A DNA stretch of 63,824 nucleotides, counting the filler, from Phoronis australis (lineage: Eukaryota > Animalia > Phoronida): assembly GCA_002633005.1 (NCBI GenBank). It is 13 parts of 13 records of this genome, joined end to end, with 100 filler letters (N's around TTAATTAATTAA, not from the genome) between each part and the next. Parts side by side here need not be neighbours in the genome. Positions count along the whole stretch, not along the records: positions 40,258 to 52,654 come from NMRA01001375.1; positions 52,755 to 55,870 come from NMRA01003210.1; positions 55,971 to 61,397 come from NMRA01002340.1; positions 61,498 to 62,701 come from NMRA01002032.1; 9 more parts are not named here. One strand, 5' to 3'. This document shows positions 49,660-61,828 of the stretch, piece after piece; position 1 is the stretch's first letter; the number at the start of each line of letters is the position of its first letter. A program made the translations under genes and the position numbers. A model generated the notes under the pieces. The model was not told where the DNA came from and did no database searches. It was given only the letters and a program-made list of their open reading frames with translations.

Positions 49660-50520
49660 AGCTTTGATTTCGGTAAAAGCGTCGCAAACCAACAAATACT
49701 GATATTCACTCTCGACACAATTCTTCGAGCACAACGTATACACTCTGTCTTGATGTCATCACATTTACGTGCACTATCAGTTTCTACCGCCAGTCTGTGG
49801 TTGGGCATCGAAAATGCGTACAATTTTGCACAAACACTCTTGGAAGATTATCAATTTCTAAGTAGTTTTCATGTTCAAATACAACATTAAAATTTATGTA
49901 ATAGTTTAATTGGAATCAACATCTGACTGCCATCTTTGCAAAGCACAGTCCTGAACACCTTATGAGAAAATATTTACAAACGACTCTTGACACACGACTC
50001 CTTGGTTTACCCAAACATCGTAGAAACCATATATTGACAATAAATTGCGGACTAACCTTGCCCAATTATACATATGTCCACCATTTTCATCTAGCCTGTA
50101 CATGTTATAAGCGGCCCTTGGATAACGTTCCTGTGGCATATTCCAAATTTTAAACCAGTATTTAATACAGTTAACAAAGTATCTCCTAAACATAAGGTAT
50201 CTGCCACATTCACCCCCATACAGCAGCGTTAGAGCAAGAACCGCCAAGTTCCAAGGTTCTTTCACAAAATTTTAAATGAATTTTTTTTTCTAAACACTCG
50301 ACAACATAACACAATGTTGGGTACACCAGTTTATCAAATAACTGAAAGGCAAATGATGAGGGCATATCGCAACATCTGCGCCTTAGTTTCAAAACACGTT
50401 CTTGACAAGAGAAAGTTTTCGTCGCTTTCGACCATAACAATTGAGGTGTGGTAAAAACACTAAGATATTTATAATGAGATACAGCATCAACTTGCTGTTT
50501 GTTAAAAACAATCTCTCATG
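49660..50520 (-). mobile_element. Degenerate non-LTR retrotransposon, 3' part of ORF2 (RTEX-like)
   Basis: Frameshifted motifs YKYLSV, LFDKLVYPTLCY, IHLKFC, SNAAVWGECGR, IKYW, NWA..V..LL...GF..VW..QGV, and a decayed NHRLAVET...ESEYQYLLVC zinc-knuckle region. Confidence 0.8.
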
Positions 50521-51002
50521 TCTTAAAGGGCCACAATTAAAGGGACATCTGTCCTTGACTTAGAGACCGGCCTCGTTTTTGATCGTTTGGCCTGTGAAAC
50601 GTTTAGCAGAGATGGCGTTTGCGCCTACGAGCATAAAGCACGTGTTTAAAACCTTGCTTAAGAACACTTACAACATGGATTGCACCAAAGCAGACATTAA
50701 CTTGACATTTCCATCAGTGCTCGACTACTCGTAACATCTACAGTGTATGTGATCCATAAATTGCGCCCTGAATAGCCCTGTTAACGTTTCAAACATAAAA
50801 ATTCTCCAGTTAAACCCTTGTGGATCTTGTTTTTGAATAACTTTTCATTGCACACATGATTATTACATCTAAATCTGGAGTGAGATTTGGAGTATTTGTC
50901 ACCACGCCAAACTGCTTAAAGTTTCAAGAATCCCCTATTGAGCATAAACACGTACCAAGCAGAATATATACACAAATTACAAAGTGAACATATACATGCA
51001 CC

Positions 51003-51136
51003 CAGTGGCGGATTTAGGGAGAGGGGCGAGGGGGCGAGAGTCCATTTGGCAGTTCGGGAGTGCAAATATCTGACAAACAAAATCCTGGTTAATACTCTGC
51101 CCTGTCCCCCACCTTAACATCCTGGATCCGCCCCTG
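51003..51136. mobile_element. Small hAT-like MITE
   Basis: TIR CAGTGGCGGAT / ATCCGCCCCTG; related termini at 40085 and ~35605-35616. No 8-bp TSD seen. Confidence 0.6.
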
Positions 51137-51231
51137 GTACCCATATGCACGTACGAAATTCAACATACACATTAATCAAAGCCAACATGTACATGTCCCA
51201 AACTCAAATCATCAAAACTTCGCTCTTATGC

Positions 51232-51590
51232 ATGTACGTGTATCCAAGTGCGTATAATGTACATGTATACCATTGAACATATTATTACGTGTATCCAACT
51301 GCATATAAATGATGTACATGTATACCATTGAACATATTATTACGTGTATCCAACTGCATATAAATAATGTACATGTATACCATTGAACATATTATTACGT
51401 GTATCCAACTGCATATAAATGATGTACATGTATACCATTGAACACATTATTACGTGTATCCAACTGCATATAAATGATGTACATGTATACCATTGAACAC
51501 ATTATTACGTGTATCCAACTGCATATAAATAATGTACATGTATACCATTGAACACATTATTACGTGTATCCAACTACATATAATGTACAT
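51232..51590. repeat. 55-bp minisatellite, about 6 copies
   Basis: ATGTACATGTATACCATTGAACAYATTATTACGTGTATCCAACTGCATATAAATR repeated. Confidence 0.95.
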
Positions 51591-52755
51591 TTATCCTACA
51601 GTATACGCGTGATAGTGTGGCAATGAAATACGGGTCGTATTGTGAGGTTTGATATGGAAGAACTACTTCTCCGTATTCAACGCGTGTTGAATACGGATGC
51701 CTTCATTCTCGCCAAAATTCCCTCCTGAGCACACAACACACTACTATACGAAGAAACATGATTATATATATAGCATCACTTTTGGTTCAACCCCATGCGC
51801 AATATTTTCACATGTCAATACTATGATATGAGTTCTGAAAACTAAATAAAAAGTGAAATAAAAATTTCAGTGACAATGTTTCTTAATATACCTTGAAATT
51901 TTGCACCTGAGTAGAACACTTAAATCACAAAAAGTCTTGAACTCGCCACAATATGTTTGGTATTAGGAAATCAATTTATATTAGTAATGCATGCCTCCTT
52001 TTGGTCACCTATTTCACCACATTAGCTAAGGTTCTTTACGGTTAAATATGAGTCAATTTTTAAATTCGTTCTCAAAACAATCAAAATACGTCGAGTCCAA
52101 AAGCAAAACTGCAACTTTTGTAAACACTGTATTTTTGTCAATATTACGATAAATTTCGGAATACTTTCTAACTAAAAATGATAAGAACCGCGCGCAAGGA
52201 GCATTTTTAAGAAGCGTCTGAACGTGCATCAGCCACAACCTTTGGGTGTCCCGCACAGATGTTACTCAACGAAGTCAAGAAAAATCGTCAGGAATGTAAG
52301 CAAACTTTGACTTAGAAATAGATTTAGCTCAAACACTGACGAAAATACTGAAAATAGCAGATATGCACCCCAAGCCTAGTGTAGCTGCAGTAAAATTCAA
52401 CATTAAAGGCGAAGGCAACCTTTTCCCATGTCATTTTTAGCAAAAATAAGGTTCGTTGGTTATCCCAGACATATTTTTCACTTAATTGCAGCTTTTCGGA
52501 ATTTAATTAATTACTCGTGCTTTACTCCGGAAGTGACGTTTTGGGAAGAACGAATTTCGCGCCAATTTCTTTTCATATAGTCTGACTGTGAGAGGTGTCG
52601 AGTCGGTTGTTCTACCTCGTTTGCTTTTGTTTACGAGTCAGACAACATGCCACANNNNNNNNNNNNNNNNNNNNNNNNNNNNNNNNNNNNNNNNNNNNTT
52701 AATTAATTAANNNNNNNNNNNNNNNNNNNNNNNNNNNNNNNNNNNNNNNNNNNNG

Positions 52756-52929
52756 TTGGATGATATGAGGATTCGTTACCTGAGGGCGGTGGAGCAATGT
52801 GACCAAGTTCGTAAAGATCAAATGCAGCGGCGGATCGTTACAACGCACGGGCTTCGCAACGCGTTCTACAAATATGAGGAGAAACAAAAGAGTCTGGTTC
52901 TCTATCTACGCAAACAGGCGTTTGGTTAA
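52756..52929 (+). CDS. 3' end of an unassigned helical protein, truncated by the contig start
   Basis: Open frame from the contig edge: LDDMRIRYLRAVEQCDQVRKDQMQRRIVTTHGLRNAFYKYEEKQKSLVLYLRKQAFG*. GC is raised relative to the flanks and AATAAA follows at 52973. Confidence 0.5.
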   Translation: MDDMRIRYLRAVEQCDQVRKDQMQRRIVTTHGLRNAFYKYEEKQKSLVLYLRKQAFG

Positions 52930-55900
52930 TACATGTACAGATTGACGACTCTCGTGGAATCCTCAAGTCCACAATAAAAACAACAGCCCTTTTAAGGGCT
53001 ACCCACAACTACCAAAAAGAGCTGCTCACTTTACAACCCGGTGAATTATTTAAAAATCATTTTACCGGAATGTGAAACATGCTGTTGTCCTAGCATTTCT
53101 GCCAGTCAAATTATTTAAGTTGTCACTTAACATTTGTTTTAAAAGAACGACTTAATGACTAGATATGACGATTTTAAACATAATCTAAGATCCACCATGG
53201 CCTCATGTATAACCTTTTTGGTGAGAAACGTTACCTTCAAACTGGCCGCCTTTACGGTAATGGGATAGCAGTCTAGCATTATCAATTTAACTTACTTCAA
53301 TTACATTTCCCGTCGGTATGAAACTCGTGAAACTGAAAACGCAAAGCACTGCAAGCGATGAAACTAACATTAACGCAAATTCATATATTGTTACCCATTT
53401 TAAAGTTGTCTAAGTCTGTCTTGAACAAATGAAAATTGAAACATTCATCTTTAAATAATTCAAGAGTGCAGTGATCGTTTTGATGAAATGAGAAAGTTAG
53501 ACATATTGATTACAGTACCAACACAAGTATTAGTCGGGAATTTCACAAAATGTACCGATAAGTCTACCATTGTCCTCACTTTCATCTAGCGGTCACCGTG
53601 CCCCAAGGTATTATATACTGTTGAAATATCTATTCTCCGTATGTGGGTGAATAACAACTTATTCCCCATATTAGCAGTAGCCGCAATGTCGCAAGGTACG
53701 TTACGAGATCTGTATAGGGATTCCACGCTAATATTCATCGCGGATTCAAATTTTTGAATACTACATATATTTCTACCCGGTTAACGAGAATTTTTCCCCC
53801 GATCACATTGTAACTTTGAATTTGAAAAAGTTGAATCCATAGTGATCGTTTTAGATATTAAAATCGTGATTTGATTTCTATTGTGAAATACTTAATTAGG
53901 GATACCTTTCAGTAGCCGCTGATTGTCATACGTTGATTAATGATCTGCTTTTATGGGTCAGTATGGTCAGATAGACGTTTAAATGTACTTTAACTGGAGA
54001 AAGTGAACGGTTTGTGCTAAATCATTCGTAAACACAACAACACGGAAGTGGACGGTCACACAACTAGTGTCTTGATGCTAGTTTCTACATTTAAAGACCT
54101 CATTTTGCAAACGCAACGACTGATACAGCCCGTTTTATGTGGTGAGTCGGTCACAGCGTTTTGCTCGAGGAAAAGTGTTGCAGAAAAAATATGCATGCAT
54201 TTGGTTGTCGGGGGAAGTGTAAAACTTTTCTTTTGTTTGATAAATACGAGGAAAAACTCGTCGGCTTGAAGAATGATAATGAAAGTGTGACAAATACTGG
54301 GATAACTATACTGGTATAAGATTCAACAAATTGTTGTCTTTTACATACAATGTAATTAACATTGCTGCACACAACTTTTGAAACGTAAACACAAAAACGG
54401 ACAAAAATTGACAGTTTCTCCAGCCATTTTATCAGTGATTACGAGACAAGTGCTTCGCCATTTTAGAAAACTAATGTCAAGGTTGGTTTGGGGTTGGGTG
54501 TAATAGAACAGTTCTCATTAAGATTAGCCTTGCAAAACACACATCACTAGATTTGTCACGTTTTTTCACACTGTCGCAAACGGTATGCCAAAAATGACAG
54601 GGTTTCAATCAGTTCACATCAACAGCCCTGCAGATGCACCCAAAGGTTTTAATGTGTCTTGTATTTTTGGTCCTTTCACTCTTATTAAAAGCAAGAAAGC
54701 TAAGAAAAACGAAGGAACATAAATTCGGCACTACTCTCTACAAAACCCCCAATTCTGAAAGGAAATTTCTTACAAGTTCCAAAACGCCGTCCAAAAGTAC
54801 ATGTACAGTTCACAAACTATTTTTTGCAAGTCCGGTTTGTTTAAGAGCTACCTGAAACCGCAGCCAATTTCTCAGTCGCTAGACAGCAATGCACAAATGT
54901 AATACAGTAAGGGAACGCTACCATAAGGACGTCAACAGGTACAGCCGAGAAAGTTTTTTTTTCTCATGCTCAACATGTCTACAAACAAACCACAATAACT
55001 GAGGCTTTACATGTGTACTTGCAAGACCTAAATAAAAACTCATCACCAAGAGTGGTCTATCCATAGATTTAACATTTTGGCACTGCAAATTGGCCGTGGC
55101 CGCCTCCTAACTGTTCAGTGGCACCTCCGTGTGTTGTCGAATAATCAGGCAGAACCGATTGTTGATCATTAAGCGAACGTTAGGAAGAAAAAGGAAAAAA
55201 ATGATTGTGTTTATACAGGTGAAATTTCAAAAATCAAATTTAATGTATCGTTTTTCCCGTTCTATCACAAACATCGAGGGTAGCCGTATAACTTTTGTGT
55301 TGTATATTCATTTTTACTTCTCATTTTTTCGTGGATGTGAAGTATGCACGTCAATTTTATGTGAGTAACTGCGAATTTGTCCAAGATTACGAATGGCGTG
55401 CCAAAACGGAGATATATTGCTGAATGGACAAATTTGACGATAACGTCATACCAGGTCATTCAAGGCTACTGTTTAATTTAGCGTTATGGAGATAACAATA
55501 TTTTCCTTTGCGACCACGCTTGGATTATACAACTGTAGGTGTAGAATTATGACTTGGATTATGGTCCGTCACCTAATCGGCGTTCTCTGACAGGTCTCAT
55601 TATCTCAGTGGAAGGCAGGTGATAATATTCGCGTCATTGAAGGGAGTGATTTTAATCCGTGGTATACATGTACTGTACCTCTACTGCATGACCTGACAGA
55701 GCGTGTGAAAGATGTGGAAATATTGTAAACAAGCACGTGGCTGATGTATGGTCTATTGGTTATTGTCCGTGTCAGACTAAATTACATGTATGTAACTGTA
55801 AATTTCAAAGAAAAGTTCAAAGTTTAACTCTGGAACAGAATGACGTCATCATTCAGCGTTCGATTTGGCTNNNNNNNNNNNNNNNNNNNNNNNNNNNNNN

Positions 55901-55970
55901 NNNNNNNNNNNNNNTTAATTAATTAANNNNNNNNNNNNNNNNNNNNNNNNNNNNNNNNNNNNNNNNNNNN

Positions 55971-56018
55971 CAACCTGGTTATTACTGATATAGTGGATAG
56001 TACATGCTCTGTTGCCAC
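55971..56018 (-). CDS. XPNPEP3: Xaa-Pro aminopeptidase 3 exon, truncated by the contig edge
   Basis: ctattacag| then (G)GNRACTIHYISNNQV, continuing YPPVVA in phase. Confidence 0.88.
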
Positions 56019-56568
56019 CTGTAATAGAAAATTTTATTAAGTAAAATTATAATCACTTGGCCAAATAGATATGTCCAAAGCGATATAACTTCAAGGGTTC
56101 CGTTCTGCAGATCAAATTCCTTGTGAGAAAAGCCCGACCATGCAAGTCTTCATAAAATGTCGTTATGCACTTTTCTCACCATAAGTCTTAACTAGGTCTT
56201 CAAACATTATAAAGCTCACTTATTACAGAATAAGAAATCACAAAGGGTACCCAAAACACAAAATTTTTCAACGCAAACTGACCTGTATGATTAGAATTTT
56301 ACTGAAAGATCATCAATACACTGAAGTTAAAGTTTTATGAAGTTAAGAAATTAAAATTTCTATGGGTTCATTTTTCAGTCACACAGCATAACATTTTGTA
56401 GACAGGTAGCCAAAATATACTAATGTCAGTAGCTATTTAGATTCTGCCACTTTTTTCGTTGATAAAAAAATTTCATAGCCCTTAACAAGATGTAATAATT
56501 GTTTGAACCTAACAAGCACTGACAAAAATTCACTACAAAGACTCATGAACATCAAAAATGTCATTAAA

Positions 56569-56732
56569 AACTGTTACATACACATCAAACCATGTGTCTT
56601 ACCTGCAACAACAGGTGGGTAATAACTGTTACATGCACACCGAACCACGCATCTTACCTGCAACAACAGGTGGGTAATAACTGTTACATGCACACCGAAC
56701 CACGCATCTTACCTGCAACAACTGGTGGGTAA
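56569..56732. repeat. 55-bp x3 tandem repeat spanning an XPNPEP3 exon end and donor
   Basis: TTACCTGCAACAAC(A/T)GGTGGGTAA at 56599, 56654 and 56709. Confidence 0.93.
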
Positions 56733-56800
56733 GCCAGGAACTCTGCTCCATTCACTCGACATTCATAGTCCATCTTGGCAAACAAATGATGTTCATTGAC
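56713..56800 (-). CDS. XPNPEP3: Xaa-Pro aminopeptidase 3 exon
   Basis: ttattatcag|...G|gtaaga, 88 nt. Encodes VNEHHLFAKMDYECRVNGAEFLAYPPVVA. Confidence 0.92.
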
Positions 56801-57586
56801 CTGATAATAAAACAACGATAACAGTAAAAGTAATAACTAGTATCATTAATGGCACTTAATAGTTACAGCAGTAGCAGTATCGAAGTAATAATAAATATAA
56901 TATTATCAATAATAATTATTTTAATAAATGTTGTCACAATTGCCTGAGCAATGTTTTAGAGCTTTGTCCTGTCTCATTTCTCTAGGGAGTAACAATAAAT
57001 AAGCTAAGGTATTAGCAAGACTTAGTGGCTTAAACCTGGATGGAATACTAGTAAATGGGACAGTGATCATCAAGTAAATGGAAAGCAGGAAAATACTGGG
57101 AGCCAATTTTACCAAAGGTTGTACACCCAGCAGGCTGACACCCAGTCACAACTAAGATGGTTAGAACCACATGACTTCTTCTTATGGCAATGCATTTTTA
57201 CAAGGACAAATCATTCCAATTAGCAAAAACTTGATTGACTGTGATCCAAATTTGCATGTGAGAACTACCTTTTATAGATACACACACTGCACACATGACT
57301 TACTTGAAGACTACAAAAGTCTCTGATGCGGAATACGGCCATTGATCCAACAGATTCCTGATCCGTTCAGCTAATATTAATCTCATGGTCAGATTACAGC
57401 TCAACTTACGGGCAATAATCATTTACAGGCACCCCCAAGTTTGAGAACCAGTTTGACGCCATTGTTGAATGAAGAAAACTGGTTCCCAACAAGCGAGGAC
57501 ACTGCAAAAAACCCTTACCAAAAAAGAAGTAAAAGGTAAAATCATACAGTCATTCTTTGCCAAGTAACTAAAATTTAAGAAATTAC

Positions 57587-58329
57587 CCCTGAATGAGAAA
57601 ACTTCATCACTTCTTTTAGAGCTTCTGCTGCTATTTCACAGGACGTCTGCATAAGTTCAATTTCCCTGGGTGACTTAATGACGCGTAAGGCATGAATGAG
57701 GTGTTTGAAAGATATGCATTCCTTTGAGATGGAATTTTGCAACTCTCCGTGAAAACGGTGACCAATCATAGCAGGCTTGTACCACAACATCGCGTCGGGA
57801 TTTTGTTCCAGAAACCTGTTGACAGACATGAGTGTTTCACGGACATTTTGACCCTTGTCTACACCGGTGAGCTTAATAACGTCCTTAGTTCCAGCCCTTG
57901 ATCCCGCCCACAATTCTTTTTGCGGGTTGCGTTCTTCTACAAACAGGGATGACACATGACTCCCATTTAGCTCCTGTCTTGTAGACTCTAGTACCAAAGC
58001 ACTTCCTGATTCTTGAAACCCGCAAAGGTATAAGAAGTCGGTGTCTTGTCGAAAAAAATATGGGACATCGGGGGACATCTCTATTGTTTCTGCTGAAGGG
58101 ACGATGACCATGTGACTACCCTGAGTTGCCTTTTGTATACTTTTCATTAGTTTTGTTCTCCGTAAATGAAACTCCTCCTTAGTGATGTTTGGAGTTACCT
58201 CCCCTGATCTGATTAAATTAGGATGTGTGTAGCACGATGGCTGGCCTAGACTTCTCTCGGGAATGTCCAAGTCTGTTGCCAATGCCTGTTGAGCAGACTG
58301 GCATAGTGCAAACAACTGTTGGAGGAAAA
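57587..58329 (-). CDS. XPNPEP3: Xaa-Pro aminopeptidase 3 (Icp55 orthologue), large exon with the AMP_N domain
   Basis: Encodes GQPSCYTHPNLIRSGEVTP, PYFFRQDTDFLYLCGFQE, ELWAGSRAG and LRVIKSPREIELM. Donor GGG|gtaatt at 57587. The acceptor is ambiguous, giving an exon start at 58329 or 58315. Confidence 0.93.
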
Positions 58330-59038
58330 CTGAAATGAAAACGAGGTTGTTGTTAAAGTGCAGACTACAGTGTTTGTTACTCATTGAGACTCAGTACTAG
58401 TTGGTCCTACCATACAGACGTATGCTAGGTTTGGAATTACTTCATGGTAACTTGTCCTTATTTACTGGGGACAAAACACCAAAAGGCAACTTATACGCTT
58501 TAGCAGTGCTTTAGTAATCTAATCATTTACCAACAATTGTTTCCTGAAACGTTTAGATACAAATATATTTTCCATCATAAAGTAAATCAGTGGAAACGTT
58601 CTCAAATAAGGAACATCGCCCCTCCATTTTGTGGAAGTCGTGGCAATGAAATTGGCCACCTTCATACCCAACTATGCATATAAGTCAAAGTTACTGCGGA
58701 ATTGCCCTTACCAAGATGAAGTATATTTTGTCATATTTTCAGGGAGGCAACAAAATACTGTAAAATTGATACTTAGGTATATCCTTCTGTATCTCTACCA
58801 AAAGGAGGTATTCTGTAGTATTGTAGTATTTATGCCAGTACTAATGTCCACGAATATAGGCAACCGACTTAAGACAAGAAATAGTGCCAGAAAGCTGCTA
58901 AGTGCTTAGACAGGTCTCCCGTCTGTGCTGCTTGCCCTTGACTTGACTGGAAGATGGTTGACCTCCCCATAACCCTCTGTAGGTTTCTGTATGACCTCAA
59001 ACACATTGACAGTAATGGAGACCAGACTTCTGGTGCTA

Positions 59039-59866
59039 CACATAGTGTACCTAATTATCGGACGGAACCTAAATATCGGACATTTCATAAAATCTTACTT
59101 GAAGCATAATCTGAGAATTAAATGACACCAATTTTTGTTCCGTTGTAATGCATTCAATGTCCAGCACCGTCTCGTTTTTTACAGCGTTGCCTCGTTTTGA
59201 TTTCACCAAGAGAGCGTACAATTTAGACCCCTAAGTAGGCCTAAAATGGACGATCGCATAAATCGCGGTTATAAAAGTTTAAAATAAAATCTTTTTCCAC
59301 AATGAAACCATCTCGTTGAACTGACAATATGTCACTGTTCCATTTTTTCATTTGTTTTTAAACTCAAGTCAAACCCCGACAGCGCACGTGCGGGTGTCAT
59401 ATCAAGAAGCCAAGGAGATACTAAAAACTGCAGTGAGTTTGCACGTGCTTTAGTCGTCTGCACTAATTCATCGAAACGACTTGGCGCCGTCATCAGACTT
59501 CATGTTGTGGATAAATTTTGTTGCGAATGGAGCTGTGTTTTAGCAGCATATGTCAAAACACTCAAGCTGAAATTTGGCTACAAGGTGCCTGCGTCCATTA
59601 CTTGGTTAGTCAGTTTTCCGCAGTGTGGCGTATAGGGAAACACACGGTGTCCGATATTTAGGTTCTCCGAAGGTTTGCTAGTTGTGTTTTTTAAAGATCA
59701 GTCGGAACATAAATGTGGCTTTCGGTGACAAGATATAGTAACATAAAAATTCCGTGAAGGTAAGCCTTTATTTCAGCAAAGAATTTACAACAGTCCGTAG
59801 TATTTTCAATTAAATATAATGCAAAATGTGCCAATGAAAACGTCTGATAATTAGGTCACTTGACTG
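59039..59866. mobile_element. Non-autonomous Tc1/mariner-pogo-type element
   Basis: TA flanks; imperfect TIRs sharing ACCTAATTATC(G/A)GACG; inner inverted pair GAACCTAAATATCGGACA (59065) / TGTCCGATATTTAGGTTC (59648). Confidence 0.65.
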
Positions 59867-61497
59867 TAATTACCAGTACACTACATTAGGGTGTTCTCCC
59901 ATTCAATAACTTTACCAGAATTATGCTGGTTCTGAACATCAGATAACGTCTGGTTCTTTTGTTAACTGCTGAGCAGTCTTTTTTCTGGGATAGTCATTTA
60001 TCTAGCTAGGCAATGACCATCGCCTCTGTTGGCAAACTAAGTCATGAGCCAGGCCTCTGGCACTGTGACTTGTTCTTGACGAGTTCTGTTTGACCAATGA
60101 TCGACAAAATGAAAGCTAATGCTATAAATGATAACCCCAAATCGATGTGGTATATTTTAATTCATTTACTACCTTTCTTTCGGTGAAAAATTGGAAAACC
60201 CAATTGCTTGCACAGCAGCTTGCACAAGGGGGCAGACATTTTGACAAGTCACGTGATTTTTGTACCCCTTATAGAAATAAAAAATCTTATGGTAACAAAT
60301 GATTCCTCATTTCTTGAGATTGTTTATTTGATTATTATCTGTTTTGAAGTTTTTTTGATTGAGTTACAAAAATAATCAACGTGATTGATCGATAAATTTT
60401 TGCAAACTTTTTTGAGAGGCCTTGTTCTTCCCTGATATGTGACGTCACGCCTCATGCTGTCGTGAGAAGAAAAGGTTTTGTTCTCTGTTGTTCTCCACAG
60501 TCCAGATTAACGCATGCATATCAGTTTTTGTAACTAGTTACCCGTATCAAAACGTTGCCTTATAAAGTGTGCAAATAATTAATTCATTCGGCATGTCATT
60601 GTTTTCGTTTCAGTAAAACAACAACGGTGTCAGAAGTGGTGCACGCTGTTGTGTTGGTTTTGGCTTAGACTTGTGAATGTAATTAAGGCCTACCAGTTTT
60701 CTGGTATGCATGCATGTTGAAGTCAATGTGAGATTAGTTTCCTCTTGTCAGTTAGAGCGACAAAAACCAGGGAAATAGCTTGTTAGCCATGACTAACAGA
60801 AGGGGAATCTGTCTAATACTAACAGACCTGATAGTCTAGAACATTCCATGGTTTTGTCCCAGTTTACATGGTACTCATGGTAGCAATAGCAGTAAAAGTG
60901 CTGCCCTGTCGTATCTAAACGTGAATAATTCAGGAAACTTTTTTGTAAAAGTTATCTTTTGCTATTAATTGCCAGGTCTCACTTTTGGAAACTAGATGAA
61001 CAACTGGGTACTCTGCATTTCCTCTTTAACTTGTGAATCCTGGATTTTTTTGGTTCATGTCATTTTAGCAAGACTTTGGTCATTAAACTAATAAGCTGTT
61101 GTAGGCAGGGCTTCTATTTAAAAATTTACAGGAAGCTTCACAATTTTTTGGCATCCGGGCTCATTTTACTTCGTGTTTCACCACCTTGGTTTTGATTTCG
61201 GCATATCCATGATTTTGGGTGTATCTTGGTTCTATTGTACACTGGTCAGGTATTCCTTCTTTGGCTGTACAACAACTTTTTGCTCTATGGTTTGTAGGAG
61301 AAGACTGGGCTTTTAGGCACGTTTTTTTTCCATTGCCAATGAACTCCCATGAGCTGTCAGTATAGTGAGATGGTTAGGATCTGTGCGGGAATGTTGGNNN
61401 NNNNNNNNNNNNNNNNNNNNNNNNNNNNNNNNNNNNNNNNNTTAATTAATTAANNNNNNNNNNNNNNNNNNNNNNNNNNNNNNNNNNNNNNNNNNNN

Positions 61498-61609
61498 TAA
61501 TGAACATGGTCTCAAGGAATAATGAACATGGTCTCAAGGAATAATGAACATGGTCTCAAAGAATAATGGTCTCAAGGAATAATGAACATGCTCTCAAGGA
61601 ATAATGAAT
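61498..61609. repeat. 22-bp minisatellite, about 5 copies
   Basis: TAATGAACATGGTCTCAAGGAA repeated. Confidence 0.9.
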
Positions 61610-61729
61610 AGTTTGTTTTTACAAAGCAGTAGTCCCTTCTCATCCGAGTAAGGAAAAAGTTCTTAGGATGGAACGCAGTTCGGATTCACATTAACGGTAC
61701 AACTAACTGTATAAATTTGGTGCACTTAC

Positions 61730-61828
61730 CATCAGCTCTTCCTCAGCCTCCCTCTTTAATCTGTCCGTCTGCTTCTTCTGCTCCGTCTGCCAGTGTCGCA
61801 GACGTTCATCTTCCTGCCTTTTGCGCTC
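61730..61828 (-). CDS. Symmetric 99-nt exon encoding a charged alpha-helix or coiled coil, gene unknown
   Basis: cctattgcag|GAG...ATG|gtaagt, phase 0-0. Encodes ERKRQEDERLRHWQTEQKKQTDRLKREAEEELM. Confidence 0.75.

Noticed and set aside
52330-52365. CTGACGA...GAAA as a minimal hammerhead ribozyme
   Set aside because: No convincing stems I-III. Other CTGANGA hits, including near the Penelope-like fragment, also lacked the fold.
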